Source: an uncultured Conexibacter sp.
Lineage (GTDB): Bacteria; Actinomycetota; Thermoleophilia; Solirubrobacterales; 70-9
Direction: 5' to 3'
Length of the DNA stretch: 27,388 nucleotides
Assembly: GCA_964613275.1 (NCBI GenBank)
Contig: CAZTGN010000005.1
Span: forward strand, 1 to 27,388
A program made the position numbers and the translations under genes. The notes below the pieces were generated by a model. It worked only from the letters and a program-made list of their open reading frames with translations. It searched no databases and had not been told where the DNA came from. This document shows positions 1 to 8,830 of this stretch, piece after piece; the first letter of the stretch is position 1; each line of letters begins with the position of its first letter.

Positions 1-1716
1 GCGGTCGGAGGTGTCGTAGTCGGTCGAGACGGTCTCCGGGTTGCAGTTGACCATCACCGCGTCGCGACCCGACTCACGGACGGTCATCGCCGCGTGGACG
101 CAGCAGTAGTCGAACTCGATCCCCTGCCCGATGCGGTTCGGCCCGGATCCGAGGATGACGACGCTCGGGCGGTCGCCGCGGCGGACCTCGCCGCCCGCGG
201 CCGGCCCCCGGACCGCCCGCTCGTGAGCCGAGTAGAAGTACGGGGTCTCGGCCTCGAACTCGGCGGCGCAGGTGTCGACCGACTTGTACGTGCGGTCGAG
301 CCCGGCGGTACCGTCGCCGTCGAGCGCGAGCGCTCGCAGCTCGCGCCGGTACCAGTGGTCGATCGCGGTTCGGGCGTGAATGCGCTCGAGGTCGATGCCG
401 CGGCGGAAGCCCTCGAGGATCAGGTCGAAGCGGTCCGAGGACGGCGTCTCGAGCCGGTCGAGGAGCTCGCCGTCGCCGTCCGGCGCCTCCGCCGGGGCGT
501 CGAGCTCGCGGGAGCGCATCGCCTTGGCGAACGACTCGCGGAACGTGCGGCCGATCGCCATCGCCTCACCGACGGACTTCATGTGGGTCGTCAGCCGGCC
601 CTCGCTGCCGGGGAACTTCTCGAACGCGAACCGCGGGACCTTCGTGACGACGTAGTCGATCGTCGGCTCGAACGCCGCCGGGGTCGCCCGGGTGATGTCG
701 TTGGGGATCTCGTCGAGCGCGTAGCCGACGGCGAGCCGGGCCGCGATCTTCGCGATCGGGAAGCCGGTCGCCTTCGAGGCCAGCGCCGAGGAGCGCGAGA
801 CCCGCGGGTTCATCTCGATCACGACGATCTCGCCGCTCCCGGGATCGACCCCGAACTGGACGTTCGAGCCGCCGGTCTCGACCCCGACCGCCCGGATCAC
901 CCTGATCGCCTGGTCGCGGAGCTCCTGGTAGAGGGCGTCGCTGAGGCTCTGCGCGGGCGCGACCGTCACCGAGTCCCCGGTGTGGACGCCCATCGGGTCG
1001 ATGTTCTCGATCGAGCAGACGACGATCACGTTGTCGTTCCGGTCACGCATCAGCTCGAGCTCGAACTCGCCCCAGCCGAGGACCGACTCCTCGACCAGGA
1101 CCTGGTTGATCGGGCTCGCCGCGAGCCCCTCGGAGATGATCTGCCTGAGCTCGGTCCCGGTCCGCGCCGCGCCGCCGCCCTGCCCGCCCATCGTGAAGGC
1201 GGGACGGATGATCGCCGGCAGGGTCAGCCTGCCGTCGGCCAGGGCCGCCTCGGCATCCGCCACCGATTCGGCGATCAGCGACCACGGGACCCGCAGCCCC
1301 GCCGCCTCCATCGTCTCCCGAAACGCCTCGCGGTCCTCGGCGCGGTGGATCGCGTCGTAGTCGGCTCCGATCAGCTCGACCCCGAACCGCTCCAGGGTGC
1401 CGTCGTCGTGCAGCGCCTTCGCCAGGTTCAGCGCCGTCTGCCCACCCAGCGTCGGCAGCAACGCGTCCGGCCGCTCGCGCTCGATGATCCGTGCCACGAC
1501 ATCGGGCACGAGCGGCTCGACGTAGGTGCGGTCGGCGAACTCCGGGTCGGTCATGATCGTCGCCGGGTTCGAGTTGACGAGGACGATCTCGTAGCCCTCC
1601 TCGCGCAGCACCTTGCACGCCTGCGTCCCCGAGTAGTCGAACTCGGCCGCCTGGCCGATCACGATCGGCCCGGAGCCGATCAACAGGATCTTCGCGATGT
1701 CGTCGCGGCGGGGCAT
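1..1716 (-). CDS. carB: Carbamoyl-phosphate synthase large subunit (5' part; runs off left edge)
   Basis: Translated by hand because it is absent from the ORF track (no stop in the window). ATG at 1716 gives [37 protein letters not shown]..., then [11 protein letters not shown] and [23 protein letters not shown]...[16 protein letters not shown] at the edge. The start overlaps the carA stop (TGATG). Confidence 0.98.
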   Translation of the reverse strand, partial: MPRRDDIAKILLIGSGPIVIGQAAEFDYSGTQACKVLREEGYEIVLVNSNPATIMTDPEFADRTYVEPLVPDVVARIIERERPDALLPTLGGQTALNLAKALHDDGTLERFGVELIGADYDAIHRAEDREAFRETMEAAGLRVPWSLIAESVADAEAALADGRLTLPAIIRPAFTMGGQGGGAARTGTELRQIISEGLAASPINQVLVEESVLGWGEFELELMRDRNDNVIVVCSIENIDPMGVHTGDSVTVAPAQSLSDALYQELRDQAIRVIRAVGVETGGSNVQFGVDPGSGEIVVIEMNPRVSRSSALASKATGFPIAKIAARLAVGYALDEIPNDITRATPAAFEPTIDYVVTKVPRFAFEKFPGSEGRLTTHMKSVGEAMAIGRTFRESFAKAMRSRELDAPAEAPDGDGELLDRLETPSSDRFDLILEGFRRGIDLERIHARTAIDHWYRRELRALALDGDGTAGLDRTYKSVDTCAAEFEAETPYFYSAHERAVRGPAAGGEVRRGDRPSVVILGSGPNRIGQGIEFDYCCVHAAMTVRESGRDAVMVNCNPETVSTDYDTSDR

Positions 1717-2828
1717 CAGGCGGCGAGCTCCAGCGCCCGGTCGAACATGTACCGGGCGTCGTGCGGCCCGGGACCCGCCTCGGGGTGGTACTGGACGGTG
1801 CCGCCGGGGACGTCGAGGAGGCGAAGGCCCTCGACGGTGCGGTCGTAGAGGTTGAGGTGGGACAGCTCGGCGGCGCCGAAGTCCGTCTCCCAGCGGATCG
1901 GCTCGTCGGTCTCCATGCGCGTCTCCCCGTTCGGGCCGGCGACGGCGAAGCCGTGGTTCTGGGAGGTGATCTCGATCCGGCCGGTGGCGAGGTCCTTGAC
2001 CGGGTGGTTGGAGCCGCGGTGGCCGAACCGCAGCTTGAAGGTCTCGAGGCCGACGGCTCGGCAGAGGAGCTGGTGGCCGAGGCAGATCCCGAAGAGCGGG
2101 CGCCTGCCGACGAGTGCGCGGACGGTGGCGACGACCCGGTCGAGCGCGCCCGGATCACCGGGGCCGTTGGCGAGGAAGATCAGGTCGGGATCGTGCGCGA
2201 GCACCTCCTCGGCGCTCGTCGCGCAGGGAAGCAGCGTCACCCTGCAGCCGCGCTCGCGGAGCTCACGGACGATCGAGAGCTTGATGCCGGTGTCGAGGCC
2301 GACGACGTGGGGGCCGTCACCGTCGAGGACGATCGGCCCCGGCGGCGTCACGGTGCTCGCCAGATCGGCCCCCTCCATCGCCGGCTCCGCCCCGATCCGC
2401 TCGCGCGCCTCGGGCTCGGGCGTGGCGGCGGCGAAGATGCCGCCCCGCATGGCCCCGGCCTCGCGGATGTGGCGGACGAGCGCCCGCGTGTCGACCCCCG
2501 AGATGGCCGGCACCCCGCGGGCGTCGAGCCAGTCGAGCCAGCCGCTCTCGGCGGTGGCGAAGTCGTCCCCGTCCTTGGCCTCGCGCATGATCACCGCCCG
2601 GGCGTGGACCCGATCGGACTCCATCGCCGCGGCGCTGACGCCGTAGTTGCCGACGAGCGGATAGGTGAAGGTGATGATCTGCCCGGCGTAGCTGGGGTCG
2701 GTGACGGCCTCCTGATAGCCGGTCATCGCGGTGTTGAAGACGACCTCCCCGAGCGCCTCGGCGCCGGTTGCCCCGCAGAGCTCGCCGTCGAGCCGGGAGC
2801 CGTCCTCGAGCAGGACGTAGCCGCTCAC
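1716..2828 (-). CDS. carA: Carbamoyl-phosphate synthase small subunit (glutamine amidotransferase)
   Basis: [39 protein letters not shown], catalytic [30 protein letters not shown]. Confidence 0.98.
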   Translation of the reverse strand: MSGYVLLEDGSRLDGELCGATGAEALGEVVFNTAMTGYQEAVTDPSYAGQIITFTYPLVGNYGVSAAAMESDRVHARAVIMREAKDGDDFATAESGWLDWLDARGVPAISGVDTRALVRHIREAGAMRGGIFAAATPEPEARERIGAEPAMEGADLASTVTPPGPIVLDGDGPHVVGLDTGIKLSIVRELRERGCRVTLLPCATSAEEVLAHDPDLIFLANGPGDPGALDRVVATVRALVGRRPLFGICLGHQLLCRAVGLETFKLRFGHRGSNHPVKDLATGRIEITSQNHGFAVAGPNGETRMETDEPIRWETDFGAAELSHLNLYDRTVEGLRLLDVPGGTVQYHPEAGPGPHDARYMFDRALELAA

Positions 2829-3376
2829 GGCGCGTACTCCAGGACCAGCTTCTGGACCGCCTTGAAGCGCTCGTCTCCGGCGCCGCCGAGCAGCTCGAAC
2901 AGGGCCGTCTCGACGCTCGTCAGCCAGGCGCCGGCGCGCTCGGCCTTCGCCAGCCCGAGGTCGCGGTCGGCGTCGCTGCGGGAGCCCACCGCGTCGGCGA
3001 CGACGTGGACCTCGACGCCGCGGTCGAGCAGGTCGAGGACGGTCTGGTTGACGCAGACGTGCGCCTCGACCCCGCAGACGATCGCCTGCTCGCGGCCACC
3101 GAGGCCGAAGCCGTCGGCCGCTGCGGCCGAGAAGACGGTCTTGGCGATCGGCGCGACTCCCTCCGGCAGCGCGGTCGCAACCGCCGGGACGGTCGCCCCG
3201 AGACCCTGCGGGTACTGCTCGGTGACGACGATCGGCAGGGCCATCGCTTCCGCCCCGCGCGCCAGCGTCGCCGTCGCCGCCGCGATCCGCTCGAAGCCGG
3301 GGATCGCCTTGCGGAAGCCCTCCTGGACGTCGATGATGACGAGTGCGGCCCGCTCGGGATCGAGCTTGGCGCTCAC
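2825..3376 (-). CDS. Isochorismatase-family cysteine hydrolase (YcaC/ISOC-like)
   Basis: ALVIIDVQE (Asp), VVTEQYPQGLGATV, KTVFSA (Lys), CGVEAHVCVNQT (Cys), VADAVGSR. GTGA overlaps at both ends. Confidence 0.9.
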   Translation of the reverse strand: MSAKLDPERAALVIIDVQEGFRKAIPGFERIAAATATLARGAEAMALPIVVTEQYPQGLGATVPAVATALPEGVAPIAKTVFSAAAADGFGLGGREQAIVCGVEAHVCVNQTVLDLLDRGVEVHVVADAVGSRSDADRDLGLAKAERAGAWLTSVETALFELLGGAGDERFKAVQKLVLEYAP

Positions 3377-3465
3377 CGCAACGCTCCGGGGGCCCGGCGG
3401 GCGGCCCGCCCGCTGCGCTCGCCTGCAGCGAGCGGCTTCGTGTCGATGGCCGCGCTCTGCCTCAC
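3373..3465 (-). CDS. Putative 30-aa small ORF bridging pyrC and the isochorismatase gene
   Basis: The GTG at 3465 overlaps the pyrC TGA, and its TGA (3373-3375) overlaps the next GTG. AAGGTGG lies just upstream. It translates as MRQSAAIDTKPLAAGERSGRAARRAPGALR, with no recognisable motif. Confidence 0.35.
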   Translation of the reverse strand: MRQSAAIDTKPLAAGERSGRAARRAPGALR

Positions 3466-4832
3466 CCGGCCACCTTCATCGCGAACTCCCGGCGCCGGTA
3501 GGCGACCGCGCCGGCGATCACGGTGATCACCGGCCGCGAGCGCAGCGTCCGGCCCGCGAAGCAGGAGTTGGCCGAGCGGCTCTCCCAGCCGTCGGAGCCG
3601 GCGACCCACTCGGCGTCGAGATCGACGAGGGCGATGTCGGCCTCGGCGCCGACGGCGATCCTGGCGGGCTCGAGGTCGAAGAGGCTCGCCCCCGCGCCCA
3701 GCCGCTCGACCAGCAGGCCGAGGTCGATCGCGCCGGGGAGGACGAGCTCGGTGTAGAGCGCGGCGAACGCCGTCTCGAGCCCGGTGACCCCCATGTTGGC
3801 GGCCTCGAACGGCACCTCCTTCTCATGCGCCGCGTGCGGTGCATGGTCGGTGCCGATGCAGGCGGCGACGCCGCTTCGCAGGGCCTCGATCAGCGCTTGA
3901 CGATCGTCCTCGGTCCGCAGCGGCGGGTTCATCTTGAAGCGGGCGTCGAGGCTCCGCACCTCCTCGTCGGTCAGCGTCAGGTGATGGGGCGTGAGCTCGG
4001 CGGTGAGCCGCGCCCCCGCATCCTGCGCTGCCGCGACCGCCTCGACCGACGCCCGCGCCGAGAGGTGCTGGACGTGGGCGCGCCCGTCCTCGTAGCGGCA
4101 GAGGGCGCCGACGCGGGCGATCATCGTCGCCTCCGAGACGTCGGGGACCCCGGCGAGCCCGAGCGCGGCCGAGACCGCTCCCTCGGCCATCACCCCGTCG
4201 CCGCTCAGCGACGGGTCCTCCTCGTGCAGCAGGATCGTGCCGCCGGCGAGCCGTTGGTACTGGAGGGCGCGGCGCATCACCCCGGCGTCGGCGATCGGCA
4301 GCCCGTCGTCGGAGAAGCCGAGCGCCCCGACCCCGCGCAGGGCCGCCATCTCGGTCAGCTCGCGACCCGCCATTCCCCGCGTCACGGTTGCGACGAACCC
4401 GGTCGGTACCACGGCCTCGGCGGCGGCGCGCTCGCGCAGCGCCGTCACGATCGCCGGATCGTCGACGACCGGATCGGTGTTGGCCATCGCGACGATCCCG
4501 CAGTACCCGCCGGCGGCGGCGGCGCGCGTCCCGGTCTCGATGTCCTCCCGGTACTCCTGGCCGGGGGTGCGGAGGTGGACGTGAGGATCGAAGAACGCCG
4601 GGAACGCGTGGAGGCCGGCGGCATCGATCTCCTCGCCGCCGTCGCGGAGCTCGGCGGCGCCCGCACCGGCGATCTCGGCGATCCGTCCATCGCGGACGAG
4701 CAGGTCGCACTCGCGATCGACGCCGGCGCCGGGATCGAGCGCGTGCGCGCCGCGGATCAACAGGTCCCCGCCGCCCGCACCGCTCGCGCCGCGCCAGTCG
4801 AGGGACCCGATCTCACCGGCCTCGGCGCTCAA
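3462..4832 (-). CDS. pyrC: Dihydroorotase (class I)
   Basis: DPHVHLRTPG, VAMANT, FSDDG, HVQHLS, TPHHL, KMNPPLR, GTDHAPH. The start is placed at TTG 4832, overlapping the pyrB stop (TTGA); the track ORF extends spuriously to 5459. Confidence 0.96.
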   Translation of the reverse strand: MSAEAGEIGSLDWRGASGAGGGDLLIRGAHALDPGAGVDRECDLLVRDGRIAEIAGAGAAELRDGGEEIDAAGLHAFPAFFDPHVHLRTPGQEYREDIETGTRAAAAGGYCGIVAMANTDPVVDDPAIVTALRERAAAEAVVPTGFVATVTRGMAGRELTEMAALRGVGALGFSDDGLPIADAGVMRRALQYQRLAGGTILLHEEDPSLSGDGVMAEGAVSAALGLAGVPDVSEATMIARVGALCRYEDGRAHVQHLSARASVEAVAAAQDAGARLTAELTPHHLTLTDEEVRSLDARFKMNPPLRTEDDRQALIEALRSGVAACIGTDHAPHAAHEKEVPFEAANMGVTGLETAFAALYTELVLPGAIDLGLLVERLGAGASLFDLEPARIAVGAEADIALVDLDAEWVAGSDGWESRSANSCFAGRTLRSRPVITVIAGAVAYRRREFAMKVAG

Positions 4833-5806
4833 GCGGGCTCCCCGATCGGCGTCCCCTCGCCGGAGGTGATCGACGTCCCCGCGCCGACCGGGCTCAGGGG
4901 GCGGGGGCGCTCGCCGCCGGCGAGGATCTCGAAGAGGATCGCCATCCGCACCAGGAGGCCGCTTGCGACCTGGGCGGTGATCAGGGACGCCGGCCCGTCG
5001 ATCACGTCTGCCGCGAGCTCGACGCCGCGATTGACCGGCCCCGGGTGCATGACGAGCTGCCGCGGCCCGAGCCGCCGCGAGTCGATCTGGTAGTTGACCG
5101 CATACTCGCGCAGGGACGGCACGAAGGCCTGCCGCATCCGCTCCCGCTGCATCCGCAGCGCATAGACGACGTCGGCCTCGCCGAGGCCGTCGAGGTCGTA
5201 GGCCACCGCACAGCCGAGCGCCTCGATCCCGCGCGGGATCAGCGTCGGCGGCCCGACGACGGTCACCTCGGCGCCCATCGTCAGGAAGGCGCGGATGCAG
5301 GAGCGGGCAACGCGACTGTGGGCGAGATCGCCGACGATCCAGATCCGCTTGCCGTCGAGCGTGCCGACGTGGTCGAGCAGCGTGTAGACGTCGAGCAACG
5401 CCTGGCTGGGGTGCTCGTGCTTGCCGTCGCCGGCGTTGACGACGGCGGCCTCGGTCCAACCGGCGACCAGCGTCGCCGCACCCGCCTCGGGGGCGCGGAT
5501 GATGATCGCCTCGGGCTCGTAGGCCGACAGCGTCGCGATCGTATCCCGCAGCGACTCGCCCTTGTCGACCGAGGAGCCGGTCGACTTCACCGAGACGACG
5601 TCGGCGGAGAGCCGCTTCGCCGCCAGCTCGAACGAGGAGCTCGTCCGGGTGCTCGCCTCGTAGAAGAGGCTGACGACGGTTCGTCCGCGCAGCGTCGGGA
5701 CCTTCTTGATGTCGCGGCGGCCGACCTCGGCGAAGCTCCGGGCCCGCTCGCAGATCCGCTCGATGTCGTCGCGGTCGAGGTCGTCGATCGACAGCAGGTG
5801 CCTCAT
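4829..5806 (-). CDS. pyrB: Aspartate carbamoyltransferase catalytic subunit
   Basis: RHLLSI, FYEASTRT, SSFELAAKRLSAD, NAGDGKHEHPSQALLD, GDLAHSRVARS, RMQRER, MHPGPVNRG. Confidence 0.98.
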   Translation of the reverse strand: MRHLLSIDDLDRDDIERICERARSFAEVGRRDIKKVPTLRGRTVVSLFYEASTRTSSSFELAAKRLSADVVSVKSTGSSVDKGESLRDTIATLSAYEPEAIIIRAPEAGAATLVAGWTEAAVVNAGDGKHEHPSQALLDVYTLLDHVGTLDGKRIWIVGDLAHSRVARSCIRAFLTMGAEVTVVGPPTLIPRGIEALGCAVAYDLDGLGEADVVYALRMQRERMRQAFVPSLREYAVNYQIDSRRLGPRQLVMHPGPVNRGVELAADVIDGPASLITAQVASGLLVRMAILFEILAGGERPRPLSPVGAGTSITSGEGTPIGEPA

Positions 5807-6426
5807 CGCTCCCCCTCCCCGTCCGCCGACGCTGCCGGCGTCGGTGCCGGCGCCGGGCCGATCGCGACCTCGTCGACCCCGTCGGTCTCCTCGAGGCGGA
5901 CGTAGACGCGCTCCTCGCGGGCGGTCGGCAGGTTCTTGCCCGCGTAGTCGGGGCGGATCGGCAGCTCGCGGTGGCCGCGGTCGGCGAGGACGGCGAGCTG
6001 GATCCGCTGCGGCCGGCCGTAGTCGAAGAGCGCGTCGATCGCCGCCCTCACCGTGCGGCCGGTGAAGAGGACGTCGTCGACGAGGATGATCGTGCGGCCC
6101 GCCAGGTCGAAGTCGAGATGGGAGGAGTGGACGACCGGCATCCCGCCCGGCTCGCGATCGCCGAGATCGTCCCGGTAGAAGGAGATGTCGATGTCGCCGA
6201 GCGGGACCGGGGCACCGGTCAGCTCTTCGAGCAGCGCGTGGAGGCGCCGGCCGAGGATCGCCCCGCGCGTGTGGATGCCGACCAGCGCCACCCCGGGACC
6301 GGGCTCCCCTCCCGCACCCTCGTCGCGGGCGGGTCCGGCGTTCTTCTCGATGACCTCGTGCGCCATGCGCACCAGCGTCCGGCTCAGGTCGTCGCCGTCG
6401 AGGACGACCCTCTCGCTCGTTCCCAT
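5803..6426 (-). CDS. pyrR: Bifunctional pyrimidine regulator PyrR / uracil phosphoribosyltransferase
   Basis: RTLVRMAHEVIEKN, VGIHTRG, DISFYRDD, LVDDVLFTGRT, LADRGHRELPIRPDYAGKN. The start is ATG 6426, directly after the PyrR-binding element; the track start at 6675 runs through the promoter. Confidence 0.97.
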   Translation of the reverse strand: MGTSERVVLDGDDLSRTLVRMAHEVIEKNAGPARDEGAGGEPGPGVALVGIHTRGAILGRRLHALLEELTGAPVPLGDIDISFYRDDLGDREPGGMPVVHSSHLDFDLAGRTIILVDDVLFTGRTVRAAIDALFDYGRPQRIQLAVLADRGHRELPIRPDYAGKNLPTAREERVYVRLEETDGVDEVAIGPAPAPTPAASADGEGER

Positions 6427-6435
6427 TGTCGGGCG

Positions 6436-6468
6436 CCCCTTCCTGGCCTCACTGGACCTGGTTAAAGG
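6436..6468 (-). promoter_or_regulatory. PyrR-binding RNA element
   Basis: The minus strand reads CCTTTAACCAGGTCCAGTGAGGCCAGGAAGGGG. This matches the PyrR binding-loop pattern (CUUUAA...GUCCAGUGAGGC...AAGG) and ends about 10 nt before the pyrR ATG. Confidence 0.9.
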
Positions 6469-6482
6469 AAACGTCGCGGCGG

Positions 6483-6491
6483 AACTTAGCA
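6483..6491 (-). promoter_or_regulatory. Putative extended -10 promoter of the pyr operon
   Basis: TGCTAAGTT on the minus strand (TGn + TAnnnT), about 15 nt upstream of the PyrR element. Confidence 0.6.
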
Positions 6492-6631
6492 GGGCCGAGC
6501 GGCGGCTCGACGATGCCCACCCGCGGCGGTGGGATCGGTTCGCGGAATATGCGGCGTCTTTGCCATCACGGGTCGTGCGCTGGCGGCCGCGGTCGATCCC
6601 GATGCGGAGCCCGGCGAGACCGGGGCCTCGC

Positions 6632-7630
6632 TCACGTGGCGGTACGTGGCTCATGCCCCGCGCCGCCGCCGGCACCGTTCGGCGGCTCGGCGCGGGCGCC
6701 GTTGGCGATCAGCTCCGGCTTGCCGCGCTCGGGCAGCGGGATCGCGACCAGGTCGAAGTCGCGCGGTGCCACGGTCGCCGCGAAGGCGGAGCGGGCCTCG
6801 GCGAGGATGTCGGGCACGAAGTGGCGCGAGGAGATGTGGACGAGGGCGAGCATCGCGACGTCCGCCGCAGCCGCGAGCTCGGCCGCGCCGAGCGCGGTCG
6901 AGTGGCCGGTCTCGGTGGCGCGGTCGGCCTCGGCGGCGGCGAAGCTGCCGTCGTGGACGAGCAGCTCGGCGCCCTCGGCGGCGTGCTCGGTCTCCTCGCA
7001 GGGCTCGGTGTCGCCGGTGATCACGATCGTCCGCCCCGGCCGGTCCTCACCCATCACCTGCCCGGGCTCGACCGGCCCGTCGCGACCCGGCACCGAACGC
7101 CCCTGCTGCAGCTCCCCGAACGCCGGGCCCGACTCGACGCCGAGCGCCATCGCCGCCTCGGGATCGAAGCGGCCGGGACGATCGTCCTCCCGCAGCGCGT
7201 AACCGTTGGCGACGATCCGGTGTGAGACGTCGTACGGCTCGACCTCGAAGTCGCCGAAGTCGACCGACTCGCCGCGGTTGAGCTCGATCAGCTCCAGTCC
7301 GTAGCCGGGCTTGCCGACGATCCGCCCCAGCGACGCGAACAGCGTCCGCAGCCCCGGCGGCCCGTAGATCGCCAGCCGATCCTCGCGGTCCTGCATCTCG
7401 TAGCTCTTGATCAACCCCGGCAGGCCCAGGTAGTGGTCGGCGTGCAGGTGGGTGATGAAGATCGCGTCGAGGTTGATCAGCCCGATCGAGCGCTGCATCT
7501 GCCGCTGGGTCCCCTCGCCGCAGTCGAAGAGGATCCGGTGGCCGCCGCGGCGGACGAGCACGGCGGCGGTGTTGCGCCGGGCCGACGGCACCGAGCCGCC
7601 GGTGCCGAGGAAGATCACGTCGAGGTCCAT
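6632..7630 (-). CDS. rnz: Ribonuclease Z (tRNA 3' endonuclease, ElaC/Rnz)
   Basis: MDLDVIFLGTGGSVPSARRN, LFDCGEGTQRQ, THLHADH, exosite GVESGPAFGELQQG, TGDT, LLVHDGSF, LVHISSRH. ATG at 7630; the track ORF extends spuriously to 8407. Confidence 0.93.
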   Translation of the reverse strand: MDLDVIFLGTGGSVPSARRNTAAVLVRRGGHRILFDCGEGTQRQMQRSIGLINLDAIFITHLHADHYLGLPGLIKSYEMQDREDRLAIYGPPGLRTLFASLGRIVGKPGYGLELIELNRGESVDFGDFEVEPYDVSHRIVANGYALREDDRPGRFDPEAAMALGVESGPAFGELQQGRSVPGRDGPVEPGQVMGEDRPGRTIVITGDTEPCEETEHAAEGAELLVHDGSFAAAEADRATETGHSTALGAAELAAAADVAMLALVHISSRHFVPDILAEARSAFAATVAPRDFDLVAIPLPERGKPELIANGARAEPPNGAGGGAGHEPRTAT

Positions 7631-7637
7631 CGCCGCA

Positions 7638-7643
7638 AGCGTA
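7638..7643 (-). promoter_or_regulatory. Putative -10 element for a leaderless rnz transcript
   Basis: TACGCT 7 nt upstream of the ATG, with no Shine-Dalgarno sequence. Confidence 0.45.
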
Positions 7644-7864
7644 TGGACGGCGCCGACGCCGCGCCGCGAGCCGATGCCCGGATGGCGCGGGATCCTGCGC
7701 GCGAGGTCCTGGCGACCTCGGTCCCGGGGCGGCCCCGGACCGAGCCTGCGCCGAGCCGGACGGCTCCGGCTGCCGCCGGGCGCAATGGGCGGGATTCTGG
7801 GCGGGATTCGGGTGCGGGGCGGGACCGGCCGTCCCGGCAGGGCACCTCTGTACCTTTGCCCGCC

Positions 7865-8445
7865 ATGTCGAGGCCGATCGTCACCATGCTGGCCGCCGCG
7901 GCCGCCGCGCTGCTCCTTGCCGCAGGCGCGTATGCGGGACTGCCGAAGCCGAAGCGCGGACACGAGATCGACGTGCCGCGTTCGATCGCCGGCGTCGAGC
8001 CCGGAATGCGGATCAACGAGGCCGACCGCGAATGGGGCCGGACCGGTGACTGCGGCCGGTTCCGCGAGCGAAGGCGGATCCGCGCCTGCGTCTACGTGGG
8101 GCGAAACCCGCGCGCCGGCATGGCGACGATCGAGGCCGCCCGCCGCCGCAAGGTCAGCTCGGTCGCGATCGCGGCGGGAATCCACCGGGGCGAGTACGTC
8201 TTCAAGGGGCGGCTGCTGCGGCTCGAGACCGATGAGGGCATCGGCCTCGGCAGTCCCCGGGCCGACGTCCGCAAGGCCTACCCGAAGGCGCTCCGAGCCG
8301 CTGACAAGACCGGCTTCATCGTCGCGGGCCCGGGCCGCTCCTACATGACCTTCCAGACCCTCGACCGCGAGCGCGTCACCGGGATCGCACTCGTCGACGG
8401 CAATCACCAGGGCCGGGTGGCGGCACTAGACTCCGCCCTCCCCAC

Positions 8446-8455
<10 letters not shown>
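7865..8455 (+). CDS. Secreted hypothetical protein (196 aa, basic)
   Basis: MSRPIVTMLAAAAAALLLAAGAYA is a Sec-type signal peptide, and codon choice looks coding-like. TACCTT lies 8 nt upstream of the ATG. The stop TAG (8453-8455) lies inside the tRNA. Confidence 0.75.
8427..8432 (+). promoter_or_regulatory. Putative -10 element of the tRNA
   Basis: TAGACT 13 nt upstream of the mature tRNA 5' end. Confidence 0.55.
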
Positions 8456-8519
<64 letters not shown>

Positions 8520-8520
8520 C

Positions 8521-8538
8521 TCGGCCCGTCCCGGCCGA
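8521..8538 (+). other. Short hairpin immediately 3' of the tRNA
   Basis: TCGGCC-CGTCCC-GGCCGA perfect 6-bp inverted repeat with no U tract. Confidence 0.4.
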
Positions 8539-8611
8539 CTCCGCCGCCGAGGCGCCGGGCGGACGCCCGCGGGCCGGGTTCGATCCCCTCGCGCTCGGCC
8601 TGGTTGCACTC

Positions 8612-8800
8612 ATGTTCGGGATCCTGGGATGGAGGAGAGCCAACAGGGACCCTGCCGCCGGTCGCAAGGGAATGGCGGTCGCGGGGACGATGCTCGGCGT
8701 CGTCGCCATCGCGCTCGGCATCGCGGGAATCGCGATCGTCAGCGACGCCGTGGACGATCTCGATCGTGACCTTAACCGGATCGAGAACCAGTATCCGTAG
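8612..8800 (+). pseudogene. Small membrane protein or 5'-truncated remnant, DUF4190-like
   Basis: (PLALGLVAL)MFGILGWRRANRDPAAGRKGMAVAGTMLGVVAIALGIAGIAIV... resembles a DUF4190 helix-loop-helix. The hydrophobic helix begins upstream of the only ATG, and there is no clear RBS. Confidence 0.5.
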
Positions 8801-8830
8801 GCAATCCGGTCCCGGCCGCGCCGGTCCCGG

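Noticed and set aside
94-6465. Long plus-strand ORFs (94..1848, 1761..5093, 4388..5905, 5971..6465)
   Set aside because: These are antisense shadows of the pyr operon, as expected at high GC3, and have no motifs.
7787-7826. Tandem GGGCGGGATTC x2 plus a degenerate third copy
   Set aside because: Too short and too few copies for a CRISPR or iteron call. It could be an operator, but there is no supporting evidence.
8567-8595. GGGTTCGATCCC T-loop-like sequence downstream of the tRNA
   Set aside because: Only about 3 contiguous base pairs flank the loop and there are no other tRNA arms, so it is compatible with chance.
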